A stretch of DNA of 63,659 nucleotides, filler included, from Octopus bimaculoides (Eukaryota): the NCBI RefSeq assembly GCF_001194135.2. It is 3 parts of 3 records of this genome, joined end to end, with 100 filler letters (N's around TTAATTAATTAA, not from the genome) between each part and the next. Parts side by side here need not be neighbours in the genome. Positions count along the whole stretch, not along the records: positions 52,503 to 63,659 come from NC_068993.1; 2 more parts are not named here. One strand, written 5' to 3'. A program made the translations under genes and the position numbers. Under the pieces are notes generated by a model. The model saw nothing but the letters and a program-made list of their open reading frames with translations. It ran no database searches and was not told the DNA's origin. Every line of letters starts with the position of its first letter. Position 1 is the first letter of the stretch. Of this stretch, positions 63,130 through 63,659 are shown in pieces.

Positions 63130-63290
63130 CTGATGACAGAAGCTCATCTTACTCAATGTTGAGTCCATCCATTACAGCGGCACGCTGTGATGGACTACAT
63201 CTACCAAAATTATCATGGATCTCCGAGTTCCCAGAAACAGCTGTTGGTCGTATAACACCTTTGTTCCACCCCTTTAATTTTCTCTGTCAT
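63130..63290 (+). pseudogene. Possible CR1-group LINE C-terminal fragment
   Basis: HPLQRHAVMDYIYQNYHG resembles PLVNRH...FIYRYHNG of the 31955-34560 element. Confidence 0.3.
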
Positions 63291-63623
63291 TTGTACTCTG
63301 TCTTGGTTGGATCTATTAATATAAATAACTATACATTTATACTTAAATATTCATCGTCTTAAAGTTTCCACCTTTTGCTTTCTCTCGTTTTGCATGCATG
63401 CACATATACATATTCTGTATTTCATACTCAAACTTTTATATTTAATGTATCTAATTTGTTTATCCGCATAATTGCTTCTATATCTGCTCAACTTGATCCC
63501 TCCTATTGTCATTCTTTACCCTTTGAAATCGATCTCCTGTAAAGGCATCGGAGTCTAAGTTTGAATCTTTTCAGCATTACTTAATGTCATCTATACCAAG
63601 AATATCTGGATCTCATCTGTGGA

Positions 63624-63659
<36 letters not shown>

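Overview
AT-rich eukaryotic sequence dominated by microsatellites and transposon relics. The SINE families resemble my recollection of octopus repeats, so the source is probably Octopus sp. (inference, no database search possible). I recognise no intact host protein-coding exon, rRNA, functional tRNA or CRISPR array. Most ORF-track entries are artefacts of N-gaps or simple repeats. Two artificial 100-bp linkers (44 N + TTAATTAATTAA + 44 N, at 28882-28981 and 52403-52502) show that the window is three joined scaffolds; twelve other N-gaps mostly abut microsatellites. Recognisable content: at least four tRNA-headed SINE families; R4/Dong, CR1-group and L1/Tx1 LINE relics; a solo LTR; a mariner and a Tc1-like deletion derivative; Helitron, MULE and Merlin transposase relics; and MITEs of the Tc1/mariner, Tigger-like, hAT, piggyBac-like and Merlin types, several of them nested. 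The features most worth follow-up are Penelope-type minimal hammerhead-like motifs, a foldback element with a telomeric-repeat core, several long hairpins, a (TAA)n-embedded retroposon, a probable inversion splitting an R4 LINE at a palindrome, a repeatedly rearranged CR1-group LINE, and a pair of decayed paralogous ORFs I cannot assign to any family.
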